DNA of 44,985 bases from Erythrobacter sp. (GCA_036788335.1 DAIQNP010000001.1:1-44985); one strand, 5' to 3'. Positions 10,087 to 19,554 are shown, counted from the first letter of the stretch. Numbers and translations are program-made. The notes: a model not told the origin generated them from the sequence alone.

Positions 10087-10275
10087 ATGCGCCTCTTTGC
10101 CCCCGACCTCTATCGCAACTTCGCCATCGGCTTTGCCGCAGGGGCTGTGCTGGTCGTCGGTGCGAATGCCGGGCATTGGGGCGCGGAGCTGTCCTCGCCT
10201 GCCCATGCTGCGCAAACCTTGCAGGCACCGCAGGCGTCTGGCGAGTTCGTGATCGCACCGGAAGACACGATTTGA
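10087..10275 (+). CDS. Small membrane/exported hypothetical protein (62 aa)
   Basis: MRLFAPDLYRNFAIGFAAGAVLVVG..., one hydrophobic segment; stop overlaps msrA start (TGATG). Confidence 0.65.
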   Translation: MRLFAPDLYRNFAIGFAAGAVLVVGANAGHWGAELSSPAHAAQTLQAPQASGEFVIAPEDTI

Positions 10276-10958
10276 TGCACAAGCTGGCCGTGCTGCTCGC
10301 CTCGGCCGCGCTGGCTATCAGCGGATGCGCCGGCCCGGCGATCGCCGCCGAAGAGCCGGTGAACGCACCCGCCGCCAAGCGTGTCGCCAAGGAAGCCCAA
10401 GGGCTGAGGACCGCGATCTTCGCGGGCGGCTGCTTCTGGGGGGTCGAAGGCGTCTTCAGCCACGTCAAGGGCGTGCAGTCCGCGGTCTCCGGCTTTCACG
10501 GCGGCAGCAAGGCGACCGCAAGCTACAACGCCATCGTCGCAGGCGGCACAGCCCATGCCGAAGCGGTCAAGGTGGTCTATGATCCGTCCGTGATCCGTTA
10601 CGACCAGTTGCTGCGGATCTTCTTCTCGGTGGTCGCCGACCCAACGCTGAAGAACCGGCAGGGGCCGGATGTCGGCGCGCATTACCGCAGCGCGCTGGTG
10701 CCGACCTCGAAGGAACAGGAAGCGGTCGCCGCCGCCTATATCGCGCAGCTCGACAAGGCGGGGCTGTGGTCCAGGCCGATCGTCACCCGGATCGAGCCGC
10801 TGAAGGCCTTCTACCCGGCCGAAGGCTATCATCAGGACTTCATGGCCAAGAACCCGCGCCACGGTTACATCCTGCGCTGGGACAAGCCCAAGGTCGATGC
10901 GCTCAAGGTGATGTTCCCGGCCCATTATCGCGCCACCTTCCTGCGCGACGACGCATAG
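10275..10958 (+). CDS. msrA: Peptide-methionine (S)-S-oxide reductase, exported/lipoprotein type
   Basis: GGCFWG, HAEAV, RQGPDVGAHYRS, FYPAEGYHQ; N-terminal signal with ISGC lipobox-like site. Confidence 0.93.
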   Translation: MHKLAVLLASAALAISGCAGPAIAAEEPVNAPAAKRVAKEAQGLRTAIFAGGCFWGVEGVFSHVKGVQSAVSGFHGGSKATASYNAIVAGGTAHAEAVKVVYDPSVIRYDQLLRIFFSVVADPTLKNRQGPDVGAHYRSALVPTSKEQEAVAAAYIAQLDKAGLWSRPIVTRIEPLKAFYPAEGYHQDFMAKNPRHGYILRWDKPKVDALKVMFPAHYRATFLRDDA

Positions 10959-11010
10959 CAATTTCCGGTTTGAGGGCTTGCCGCTGGCGAAGGCGGCGAC
11001 GCTCGCTTAT

Positions 11011-11487
11011 ATGGGTAGCATGGAACCCGCGCACAGCCACGTCCACCAGATCCACACCGGCAAGAGCCTGATCGAGGCCGCGCGGCTTGCGCTGACCGAA
11101 TCGGGCGAACAATGGACCGCGATGCGCGAAGCGGTGTTCGCCGAACTCGCGCGGCACGAACGCCCGGTGTCGGCCTATGACATCGCGGACAACCTGTCCG
11201 CCGCGCGCGGCAAGCGGGTTGCGCCCAACTCGATCTACCGCATTCTCGACCTGTTCGTGACAAACCACCTGGCGATGCGGGTTGAAAGCGCCAACGCCTT
11301 TCTCGCCAACAGCCATCCGGGCTGCGCGCATGATTGCATCTTCCTGGTATGCGACGAATGCGGCGAAGCCGCGCATGTCGATGACGACGAAGTCAGCCGC
11401 AGCGTGCGCGCCATTGCCGCCGCGCAGCGGTTCAAGGCGACCCGCCCGGTGCTGGAAATCCGCGGACTCTGCAAGGCCTGCGCCTGA
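11011..11487 (+). CDS. zur: Fur-family regulator, Zur-like
   Basis: His-rich N-terminus, SAYDI, NSIYRILDLF, RVESANAF, CDEC...CKAC; start 11011 or 11020. Confidence 0.8.
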   Translation: MGSMEPAHSHVHQIHTGKSLIEAARLALTESGEQWTAMREAVFAELARHERPVSAYDIADNLSAARGKRVAPNSIYRILDLFVTNHLAMRVESANAFLANSHPGCAHDCIFLVCDECGEAAHVDDDEVSRSVRAIAAAQRFKATRPVLEIRGLCKACA

Positions 11488-11507
11488 CGCGGTTGCCTTC
11501 GGTGCGC

Positions 11508-13097
11508 TTAACGCATCAACCCGCCGATCAGGTTGCGCACGAACCGCCCCGCAATCGGCCCGGCCAGATCGGTCGCGATCGATCCCACCGCCGAAGTGAT
11601 GCCAGAAGCGACCGGATTGGCGCGGCTTTTCTTGCCGACCATCTTGGATGCGGCCATTCCGGCAGCACCGCTCAGCGCCACCTGCGTTCCGCGCGACATG
11701 GCCTTGCCCCACAGGCTGGTGCTCTTGCGGCTCCGCTTGCTGACTTCCTCCTCGCCCACTTCGGCGACTTCCTCGGCGGTGGCGGCGGCGTCGGCAGCCT
11801 TGGCGGCAAGCACTTCTTCGGCGCTTTCGCGGTTGATGCGGGTGTCGTACTTGCCCTCGAACGGGCTGATCGACTGGATGATCGCGCGTTCCTTCGGCGT
11901 CACCGGCCCCAGACGTGAACGCGGCGGCTTGATCAACGTGCGCTCCACCACCGACGGCGCGCCGTCTTCGCCCAGTGTCGAGACCAGCGCCTCGCCCACC
12001 TTCAGCTCGGTGATCGCGACCTCGACATCCAGATCGGGGTTGATCCGGAAGGTCTCCGCCGCTGCCCGGATCGCACGCTGATCGCGCGGGGTGAAGGCGC
12101 GCAGCGCGTGCTGCACCCGGTTACCCAATTGCCCCGCCACTTTTTCGGGAATGTCGATCGGGTTCTGGGTGACGAAGAACACGCCCACGCCCTTCGACCG
12201 GATCAGCCGCACGACCTGTTCGATCGTGTCCTGAAGCGCATCGGGTGCGTCATCGAACAACAGGTGAGCTTCATCGAAGAAGAACACCAGCTTGGGCTTT
12301 TCGGGATCGCCGACCTCGGGCAGCGTCTCGAACAATTCGGCCAGCAGCCAGAGCAGGAACGTGGCGTAGAGCTTGGGGCTGCGCATCAGCTTGTCGGCGG
12401 CGAGCACGTTGATCGTGCCGCGCCCCTGTTCGTCCAGTTTGAGGAAATCGGCGATTTCCAGCGCCGGCTCGCCGAAGAAATGCTCCGCGCCCTGGGCTTC
12501 GAAGCTGAGCAATTGCCGCTGGATCGCGCCGACCGAAGGCCTGGTGACATTGCCGTACTTGCCCGACAATTCGCCCGCATTGGCGTTGGCCCATTGCAGC
12601 ATCGCAGTGAGATCGCCGAGGTCGAGCAGCAGCAGGCCGTTGTCGTCGGCATAGCGGAAGATGATCTGGAGCACGCCTTCCTGCGTCTCGTTGAGATCGA
12701 GCAGCCGGGCGAGCAGCAGCGGCCCCATTTCGGAAATCGTGGTGCGGATCGGATGGCCCTGTTCGCCGTACAGGTCCCAGAAGATCACCGGATTGTCGGA
12801 ATAGGCATAGTCGGTCATGCCCAGCTCTGCGGCGCGCGATTCCAGCTTGGCCGCGTGCTTGAAGGCAGGCGACCCGGCCATCGCGATGCCCGACAGGTCG
12901 CCCTTCACGTCGGCCACGAACACCGGCACCCCGGCGGCGGAGAAGCTTTCGGCGATGCCTTGCAGCGTCACGGTCTTGCCGGTCCCGGTCGCGCCCGCAA
13001 CCAGCCCGTGGCGGTTCGACCGGCTCAGCGCCAATGCCTGGCGCGCGCCGCTGCTGCTGCCCAGCCCGAGAAAAATGTCATTGCCCGTGTCGGTCAT
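11508..13097 (-). CDS. HerA-like P-loop ATPase (DUF853/YjgR family)
   Basis: [57 protein letters not shown]. Confidence 0.9.
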   Translation of the reverse strand: MTDTGNDIFLGLGSSSGARQALALSRSNRHGLVAGATGTGKTVTLQGIAESFSAAGVPVFVADVKGDLSGIAMAGSPAFKHAAKLESRAAELGMTDYAYSDNPVIFWDLYGEQGHPIRTTISEMGPLLLARLLDLNETQEGVLQIIFRYADDNGLLLLDLGDLTAMLQWANANAGELSGKYGNVTRPSVGAIQRQLLSFEAQGAEHFFGEPALEIADFLKLDEQGRGTINVLAADKLMRSPKLYATFLLWLLAELFETLPEVGDPEKPKLVFFFDEAHLLFDDAPDALQDTIEQVVRLIRSKGVGVFFVTQNPIDIPEKVAGQLGNRVQHALRAFTPRDQRAIRAAAETFRINPDLDVEVAITELKVGEALVSTLGEDGAPSVVERTLIKPPRSRLGPVTPKERAIIQSISPFEGKYDTRINRESAEEVLAAKAADAAATAEEVAEVGEEEVSKRSRKSTSLWGKAMSRGTQVALSGAAGMAASKMVGKKSRANPVASGITSAVGSIATDLAGPIAGRFVRNLIGGLMR

Positions 13098-13174
13098 CGC
13101 GCCGCCCCATCGCCGTTGCACCTGCCTGTTTCCATATCGCAATTGTGCCGCGTGTCGAGCCGGAGAAGGCGGCG

Positions 13175-13306
13175 TTTCCTACTGCCGGACCGGATGATAG
13201 GGTGCGCGCATGACCTCGATCCCGCCTTTCGCCACCCGTTTTTGCCGGGTGGTCGGGGCGGGCCGGTTTTCTGGTCCTGAACAGTGTCTCATGTGTCTCA
13301 TACAAG
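13175..13306 (+). repeat. Dispersed intergenic element, copy 1
   Basis: Starts tttcctact; ends ctgaacagtgtctcatgtgtctcatacaag, 28/30 identical to the reverse complement of 17769-17798. Confidence 0.75.
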
Positions 13307-13363
13307 CCGTGACGCGGCGAGGGGTTCTCGACAGCGGCGGCAATTGCGGTAAGGCTGCACGGC

Positions 13364-15202
13364 ATGGGTACCCCCTCGCCATTCGTGCTGCTCGACGATG
13401 CTCGCGCCGGGGCCCGCGCCGGGGAAGCGGCCGCCGAGGCGCTGCTTTACGAGGCCCCGCAGGCGCTGTTCGTGGCGCACCGCCCGGAGGAGGTCGCCGG
13501 CGTTCTGGCCGCCGCCGATGCGGCGCGGATGGAAGCGGGCGGTTCGCTGGCGGGCTATCTCGCCTACGAGGCGGGGATGGCGCTCGAACCCCGGTTGCAG
13601 CCACTCAGCGCGGCGCGGTCAGGGGCGGCGGGGCCGCTGGTGTGGTTCGGCCTGTTCGACGCGCCGACCCGAATCGCGGCGGGCGATGTGCCCGGCTGGC
13701 TGGGAGCGCGCGCGGAAGGGCCGGGCACGCTCGGGCCGATGGAGCCGCAGCTGTCGCCCGGCGGCTATGCGCAGGCCTTCGCAGCCCTGCGCGAGGCGAT
13801 CCATGCGGGTGACATCTATCAGGCCAACCTCACCTACCAGCTGGCGGGGTCCTGGCGCGGCGATCCGGTGGGGCTCTACGCTGCCTTGCGCGGATCAAGT
13901 GCGGCGGGTTACGGCGGGCTGGTGTTCGACGGATCGCACTGGCTGCTCAGCTTCTCGCCCGAGCTGTTCGTGGCGCTGTCGGGCGGGGAGGCCAAGGTCA
14001 AGCCGATGAAGGGCACCCGGCCCCGCGCTGTCGATCCCGAGACAGACCTGGCGCTGGCCGAAGACCTCGTCACCTCGGTCAAGGACCGGGCCGAGAACCT
14101 GATGATCGTCGACCTGATGCGCAACGACCTCGCCCGCGTGGCCGAGCCGGGCAGCGTGGTGGTCGACGCGCCGTTCACGGTCGAAAGCTATCCGACGGTG
14201 CACCAGATGGTCTCGACCGTGCGCGCCCGGCTGGCCCCCGGCCACGGCGCAATGGACCTCGTGCGCGCGCTGTTCCCGTGCGGTTCGATCACCGGCGCTC
14301 CCAAGATCCGCGCGATGGAGCTGCTGGCAGGCATAGAGCGCGATGCGCGCGGGCCGTACTGCGGGGCGATCGGGCGGATCGACGCAGATGGCAGCGCTGC
14401 CTTCAACGTCGCGATCCGCACCCTGCGCCTCACTCCGGTCGAGAACGGGCAGGGCAGCGCGGTGCTCGGCATCGGCTCGGCGATCGTGGCCGACAGCGAG
14501 GCGCTGGACGAACGCCGCGAATGCGAGGTCAAGGCAGGCTTCCTGCGCCGCACCGCGCCGGGCCTTGCAGCACCCCAATGCGACCTGATCGAGACCATGC
14601 GGTTCGAGCCCGACAGCGGAATCGCGCTGCTGGAACTGCATCTGGCACGGATGAAGCGCAGCGCTGCGGAATTGGGCTTCGCCTTCGATCGCCATGCCTT
14701 GCGCAACCAGATCCACGCGCTGTGTTTCGAACTCGAAGCCCCGGCGCGGGTGCGGCTGCTGGTCGCCCGCAGCGGGGCGACCGCGCTCGAGGCCGGGCCG
14801 CTGCCGGAGCCGCTGGGCGTGCAGGGAGAGAGGCCGCTCAAGGTCGCCGCGCTCCCCAACCCGCTGGATCCCGGCGACTGGCGACTGATGCACAAGACCT
14901 CCGACCGCAGCTTCTACGAGGACGCGCTTGCCGCCGCCCGCTCGCTGGGCGCGGACGAGGCGGTGCTGGTGCGCAGTGACGGGTCGGTGACCGAGGGCAG
15001 TTTCACCTGCATCTTTGCCGATGGCCCCGACGGCGTGCTGCGGACCCCGCCCGCCGGACTCGGCCTGCTGCCGGGCGTGCTGCGCGAACACCTGATCGCC
15101 GAAGGCCGTGCGCGCGAGGCGGAACTGACGCTGGACGATCTGGCAGGCGGATTCTGGCTCGGCAATGCCCTGCGCGGGCTGATGCGGGCGGAGCTGATTT
15201 AA
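13364..15202 (+). CDS. pabB: Aminodeoxychorismate synthase component I fused to a class IV aminotransferase (ADC lyase-like) domain
   Basis: GDIYQANL, SFSPELF, KPMKGT, AENLMIVDLMRNDL, GSITGAPK; C-terminal LIETMR, LHLARM, HKT, EGSFT, GLLPGVLR. Confidence 0.92.
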   Translation: MGTPSPFVLLDDARAGARAGEAAAEALLYEAPQALFVAHRPEEVAGVLAAADAARMEAGGSLAGYLAYEAGMALEPRLQPLSAARSGAAGPLVWFGLFDAPTRIAAGDVPGWLGARAEGPGTLGPMEPQLSPGGYAQAFAALREAIHAGDIYQANLTYQLAGSWRGDPVGLYAALRGSSAAGYGGLVFDGSHWLLSFSPELFVALSGGEAKVKPMKGTRPRAVDPETDLALAEDLVTSVKDRAENLMIVDLMRNDLARVAEPGSVVVDAPFTVESYPTVHQMVSTVRARLAPGHGAMDLVRALFPCGSITGAPKIRAMELLAGIERDARGPYCGAIGRIDADGSAAFNVAIRTLRLTPVENGQGSAVLGIGSAIVADSEALDERRECEVKAGFLRRTAPGLAAPQCDLIETMRFEPDSGIALLELHLARMKRSAAELGFAFDRHALRNQIHALCFELEAPARVRLLVARSGATALEAGPLPEPLGVQGERPLKVAALPNPLDPGDWRLMHKTSDRSFYEDALAAARSLGADEAVLVRSDGSVTEGSFTCIFADGPDGVLRTPPAGLGLLPGVLREHLIAEGRAREAELTLDDLAGGFWLGNALRGLMRAELI

Positions 15203-15210
15203 CGCCCTTC

Positions 15211-15325
15211 CCGTTCGCCCTGCGCTTGCCTGCCCCGGCGCAGGCCGGGGTCGAAGGGTTGTCTTTCACTTTCTGCGCGGCACTTGAAGAGAAGAACGGC
15301 GCTTCGACAAGCTCAGCACGAACGG
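15211..15325. repeat. Inverted pair of REP-like units with a mini-hairpin inserted in the left unit
   Basis: Right arm 15291-15325 reverse complement is 32/35 identical to 9849-9883; left arm interrupted by 22 nt containing ccccggc-gcag-gccgggg. Confidence 0.8.
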
Positions 15326-15338
15326 ATAGATTTCGATA

Positions 15339-16001
15339 ATGACCAACCTCACGATCCTTTACGAAGACGGCGAAGCGCTGGTGATCGACAAGCCGTCGGG
15401 GCTGCCGGTCGACCGGCCCAAGCGCGGGGGGATGTGTCTGGATGACCATCTCGACAAGCTCAGGATGGGCTTCCAGAGGCGTCCGGTGGCGGTTCACCGG
15501 CTGGATACCGACACCTCGGGCTGCCTGCTGCTGGCGCGCAACCCCAAGGCGCTTGCGCGGTTCAACAAGTCGTTCGAGGATCGGCTGGTGGGCAAGACCT
15601 ACCTCGCCATTCTCGCAGGCCATCCACCCGAGGCGAGCGGCACGATCGAACTGGCCCTGTCCAAGATCAGCTCGGCCGAAGAGGGTTGGCGGATGATCCC
15701 GGCGAAGAAGGGCAAGCCGGCGGTGTCACACTGGGAATTGATCGAGGAGTTGGGGCCGAACAGCCTGGTCCGGTTCCGCCCGGAAACCGGCCGCACCCAC
15801 CAGTTGCGGGTTCATGCGCTGAAAGGGCTGGGCGCGCCCTTGCTAGGTGATCCGGTGTATGGTGCGGGCCCGGTGCCCGGCGCGGGCCGCACCATGCTCC
15901 ATGCCGAGAGCCTGACCGTGACCCGTCCCGGCAAGACCGCGATCGAGGCACGCGCGCCGCTGCCTGCCGATTTCCGCGCGCTCGGGGCGCACGATGGATG
16001 A
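15339..16001 (+). CDS. RluA-family RNA pseudouridine synthase
   Basis: IDKPSGL, VHRLDTDTSG, TGRTHQLRVH, GDPVYG. Confidence 0.93.
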   Translation: MTNLTILYEDGEALVIDKPSGLPVDRPKRGGMCLDDHLDKLRMGFQRRPVAVHRLDTDTSGCLLLARNPKALARFNKSFEDRLVGKTYLAILAGHPPEASGTIELALSKISSAEEGWRMIPAKKGKPAVSHWELIEELGPNSLVRFRPETGRTHQLRVHALKGLGAPLLGDPVYGAGPVPGAGRTMLHAESLTVTRPGKTAIEARAPLPADFRALGAHDG

Positions 16002-16434
16002 TCCGGGCGACAGCAACGCGCCCGAATCGCTCCCGGCGCGCGCGGTGAGGCTGGCTGAGGAAAGCTTCCTCGCTGGGTCGGGGCCGGGCGGGCAGAACGC
16101 CAACAAGGTCGCCACCGAGGTCGAGCTGCGCGTCAACATTTACGCGCTGCGCCTGCCGCCGCCGGTGTTCGCCCGGCTGCGCACGCTGGCGGGTTCGAAG
16201 CTGGCGGGCAATGGCGACCTGATCATCAATTCCAAGGCGCACCGCACGCAAGAGGCCAACCGCCAGGACGCCCGCGCCAAGCTGACCGCGCTGCTGGTGG
16301 ACGCGCAGACCGAACCCAAGCGCCGCGCCAAGACCCGGCTCAACCGCGTGGGCAAGACCGAACGGCTGAAGGTCAAGAAGGTGCGCGGCACGATCAAGGC
16401 CAATCGCGGACGGCCGAGCAGTTCGGACTGGTAG
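15994..16434 (+). CDS. arfB: Alternative ribosome rescue factor ArfB (YaeJ)
   Basis: SGPGGQNANK, RTQEANR, basic C-terminal tail. Confidence 0.92.
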   Translation: MDDPGDSNAPESLPARAVRLAEESFLAGSGPGGQNANKVATEVELRVNIYALRLPPPVFARLRTLAGSKLAGNGDLIINSKAHRTQEANRQDARAKLTALLVDAQTEPKRRAKTRLNRVGKTERLKVKKVRGTIKANRGRPSSSDW

Positions 16435-16589
16435 CACAGGGCCGCAACCCGCCTTGACTTTTGCCCGTGAATCGGCGAATGGCGCGCCCATGTGGCGGTG
16501 TGCCGGGCCTACCGGGCGCGCCGCTATTTGCTTTTTTGACGCCCGCGTGCAGCAATTCGCCGGGCCGACCCAGTTGACAGGAACCCGCC

Positions 16590-16757
16590 ATGGCGAAGCC
16601 CACCACCGTCAAGATCCGCCTCGTCTCGAGCGAGGGCACCGGCTTCTTCTACGTGACCAAGAAGAACCCGCGCAACATCACCGAGAAGATGAGCTTCCGC
16701 AAGTACGATCCGGTCGCGCGCAAGCACGTCGAATTCAAGGAAGCCAAGATCAAGTAA
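16590..16757 (+). CDS. rpmG: 50S ribosomal protein L33
   Basis: Below ORF-track cutoff; [70 protein letters not shown] -35-like box at 16454. Confidence 0.97.
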   Translation: MAKPTTVKIRLVSSEGTGFFYVTKKNPRNITEKMSFRKYDPVARKHVEFKEAKIK

Positions 16758-16837
16758 GGTCGGCTTCCCGCCCGCTGCTGATCGCAAGGCGTGATAATTC
16801 ATCGACAGTTCAAGCCGCCGGTCTTAGGCGGCAAGAC

Positions 16838-17518
16838 ATGATGAACATTCCCCCATTGTTTCGCCCGCTGGTACTCGGTCTTGGAGCCGGGGCGCTTGCG
16901 CTCGGGCTGGCTCCCGGCGCACCGCTGCCGCTGTCCCCGCCGGTTTCCGCGCAGTCGCCTGCCGCGGCGGCCAGCGACCTCGACCGCGTCGTCGGCGCCT
17001 TGCGCGCGATCAGCACGATGCGCGCCGATTTCACGCAGACCGACCGGCAGGGCAACGTCATGTCGGGTGTGATGACGCTGAAGCGGCCCGGCAAGATCCG
17101 CTTCGATTACGGCAAGGACGCCGACTTTCTGGTGATCTCCAACGGCAAGTCGCTTTACGTGGTCGACTACGAGGTATCGCAGGTCGAACGCTGGCCGATC
17201 AAGAATTCGCCGCTGGGCGCGCTGTTCGATCCCGAACGCGATGTGAAGCGGTTCGGCAAGCTGATCCCGACCGGCAACCCGGAGGTTCTCAGCGTCGAGG
17301 TGCGCGATCCCAAGAAGCCCGAATTCGGGATGATCAACATGATCTTCGTACGCAGTCCCTCGGCACCGGGCGGATTGCAATTGACCCACTGGGTCGCGCT
17401 CGATGCGCAGAACCACCGCACCCGCGTGCAGCTTTCCAATCAGCGTTACGGCGTTACGATTGCCGACAGCACGTTCACCTTCCGCGATCCGCGCCGAACG
17501 ACTCGTCGTCCGGGGTGA
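16838..17518 (+). CDS. lolA: Outer-membrane lipoprotein carrier LolA
   Basis: Signal peptide, MRADFTQ, KRPGKIRFDY, ISNGK, SPLGAL; start 16838 or 16841. Confidence 0.88.
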   Translation: MMNIPPLFRPLVLGLGAGALALGLAPGAPLPLSPPVSAQSPAAAASDLDRVVGALRAISTMRADFTQTDRQGNVMSGVMTLKRPGKIRFDYGKDADFLVISNGKSLYVVDYEVSQVERWPIKNSPLGALFDPERDVKRFGKLIPTGNPEVLSVEVRDPKKPEFGMINMIFVRSPSAPGGLQLTHWVALDAQNHRTRVQLSNQRYGVTIADSTFTFRDPRRTTRRPG

Positions 17519-17606
17519 ACGGACGGGCCGCGACGGGTTGTATGTTTGCGACAGGATTCTCGCTCTGTTCATCTGACTGAAAGGCAGAGTCGGGTATTTC
17601 TTCTTT

Positions 17607-17731
17607 GCAAGACGGAACGAAGGCGGGTTTCCCCCCTGTTGCCTAGCCTTCACCAAGGACCGTCTTGTACAAGCGTGACGAACGCTCATACGGACCCCCG
17701 ACCCATCGCCCCCGGGTCGGGGGTTTTCGTT
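17607..17731 (+). ncRNA. Candidate structured small RNA
   Basis: Stem gcaagacgg/ccgtcttgt enclosing gaaggc/gccttc with C-rich loop region tttcccccctgtt; second hairpin agcgt/acgct; ends in terminator. Confidence 0.5.
17694..17731 (+). terminator. Rho-independent terminator
   Basis: acccccgaccc / gggtcgggggt 11-bp stem followed by tttcgttt. Confidence 0.8.
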
Positions 17732-17768
17732 TATCCCCCTTTGCGGTCCGCCGCGTGGTCTCCATCGT

Positions 17769-17921
17769 CTTGTATGAGACAGATGAGACAGTGTTCAGCA
17801 ACGAAAAAACCGGGCCTGTCGCACCGGCCTGCGGCAGCGCTGCGGCGGAAGGAACGGATCGGGAGGCGGCAGGGTTCGGCATCGGACCGGCGAACTAGCG
17901 CGCCCGGCATGAAGTAGGAAA
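17769..17921 (-). repeat. Dispersed intergenic element, copy 2
   Basis: cttgtatgagacagatgagacagtgttcag...agtaggaaa; inverted homologue of 13175-13306. Confidence 0.75.
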
Positions 17922-18004
17922 GCGCGGCCCCGTGCGAGCGCGATCGGCCTTGCAGCGGCTTTGCCGCCGTTACGGCGCGTCCCGAAAGTGGTGCTTGTTC
18001 TTGC

Positions 18005-19414
18005 CTATTCTTCCCAGCCCAGGGCCTTGCGGATGATGCTGTAGATCAGGTTCTGCTCGATCACACCGCGGGCGCGTTCTGCGCCGGGGCCGGTGGCGAA
18101 CAGCGCCACGTCCTCGCCCGCATGGGTCTCGCCGCCAGTCGGCACGGTCGCCTGCTGACGTGCGGCGATCCCGGTTTCCGGCACCTGCCGCTCGCCCTTC
18201 AGCGCCCCCGGACCATTGGCATAGCCGAGTGTGGTGTAGGGCTTGCCGTCCGCCGCCAGCACGGGCGACATACCGTCCCCACCATCCTCACCGCGACCTA
18301 CGGGTGGCACCACCAGCCCGAGGATGTCATTCCCGCGCTGCGGATAGCCGGCGATGGTGAACACGTGGCTGTGATCGGCAGTGACCAGAATCAGCGTCTC
18401 GGCCGGATCGGTGTTGTCGACCGCCCATTGCACCGCGCGCGCGAATTCGACGGTCTCTTCAAGCGCATAGCCCGCTTGCCCGGCATGGTGCGCGTGATCG
18501 ATCCGCCCGCCTTCGACCATTAGGTAGAAGCCTTGCGGGTCGGCCGAAAGCCGCGCGATCGCGGCAGCGGTCATGTCGGTCAGGGTCGGCTCGGGCGAAT
18601 CGGGCTTGCGATCGGCCATGTAACCGAGGTGGCTGGGGTTGAAGAGCCCGAGCACCGACTTGTCCATCGGCGCGGCGCGCAACTCAGCGGTGTCGGTAAC
18701 CACCACCCCGCCGCTGCGTTGCGCCCAGACGGCGGGCAAATCGGCGGCCGGATCGCTGCGGCGTCCGCCTTTTTCCTTCCCGTAGAACATCGGGGTCCCG
18801 CCGCCCAAAGCAACGTCGAAGTCGGCTTCGGCGAACTGCAAGGCGATGTCCTTGCAACCGCCGCCCCGCTGATCGGCGGGGATGTTGCTGTCGGCTTCCC
18901 AGTCGCGGTCCGCGCTGCGGGTGACGACGCTGGCCGGAGTGGCATGGGTCAACCGGGTGGTGGTGACGATCCCGAGCGCCAGCCCGCGCCGCTTCACTTC
19001 CTCGCCCAGCAAGGGCAGCGGGTGGGCAAGCGCGTCGGCGCACACGCCCTTTTCCGCGTCCGGCCCGATGCCGAGCACCCCGATACGGGTCTTCACCCCG
19101 GATTGCATCGCGGTCGCCGTGCCGGCGCTGTCGGGCACCTGCGCGTTGGTGTTGTAGGTCTTGACCAGCGCGACGTTATCGAACTTTTCGAAGCTGAGGA
19201 CGTTTTCCTCACCCGTCTCCCCGCGCTTCTGCGCTTCGTAGATCCGCGCGGCGGTGATGGTTGAGATGCCCATACCGTCGCCGATGAACAGGATGACGTT
19301 CTTGGCTTTCGGGTGCTTGGCGTGCTGTGCGGACCCATCCTCAGCCAGCGCGGGAGCGGCCCCGAAAACGGGAGCGCTGGAAAGCAGCAGGGCGGCGAGG
19401 ATGGTGCGGGTCAT
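18005..19414 (-). CDS. phoA: Alkaline phosphatase (PhoA family), secreted
   Basis: Signal peptide, NVILFIGDGMG, VPDSAGTAT (catalytic Ser), THATPA, VEGGRIDHAHH, TADHSH, THAGEDV. Confidence 0.92.
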   Translation of the reverse strand: MTRTILAALLLSSAPVFGAAPALAEDGSAQHAKHPKAKNVILFIGDGMGISTITAARIYEAQKRGETGEENVLSFEKFDNVALVKTYNTNAQVPDSAGTATAMQSGVKTRIGVLGIGPDAEKGVCADALAHPLPLLGEEVKRRGLALGIVTTTRLTHATPASVVTRSADRDWEADSNIPADQRGGGCKDIALQFAEADFDVALGGGTPMFYGKEKGGRRSDPAADLPAVWAQRSGGVVVTDTAELRAAPMDKSVLGLFNPSHLGYMADRKPDSPEPTLTDMTAAAIARLSADPQGFYLMVEGGRIDHAHHAGQAGYALEETVEFARAVQWAVDNTDPAETLILVTADHSHVFTIAGYPQRGNDILGLVVPPVGRGEDGGDGMSPVLAADGKPYTTLGYANGPGALKGERQVPETGIAARQQATVPTGGETHAGEDVALFATGPGAERARGVIEQNLIYSIIRKALGWEE

Positions 19415-19460
19415 CGGTTATTCTCCGGAACACTGGTCCCCCGCCCTATCGCGCCCCAAT

Positions 19461-19478
19461 GCGACGATAAAGTGAAAG
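19461..19478 (-). promoter_or_regulatory. Possible degenerate Pho box upstream of phoA
   Basis: Minus strand ctttcac-ttta-tcgtcgc, 11-nt periodicity resembling CTGTCAY repeats; second half-site weak. Confidence 0.3.
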
Positions 19479-19554
19479 GTGGAAACTCGAGTCCTTAGCT
19501 GCCCTACCGCTTCGCTACTTGAGGGCTTGGGCATCTCCCCCTAAGCCCGCGACC

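Noticed and set aside
10275..10958. MsrA as catalytically degenerate
   Set aside because: By-eye alignment to E. coli MsrA shows catalytic Cys, Tyr82, Glu94, Asp129 and Tyr134 equivalents retained
11508..13097. HerA-like ATPase as anti-phage defence system
   Set aside because: DUF853/YjgR type with no Sir2, NurA or nuclease partner; housekeeping context
13210..13812. 200-aa ORF starting inside the dispersed element
   Set aside because: Mostly out-of-frame overlap with pabB, Arg/Gly-rich; frame not shared with copy 2
16454..16837. N-terminal extension on lolA
   Set aside because: Alternative frame across rpmG; the LolA signal peptide begins at 16838/16841
17997..18011. Possible LexA box gttc...attc
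   Set aside because: Spacing does not fit GTTC-N7-GTTC and it overlaps the phoA stop codon
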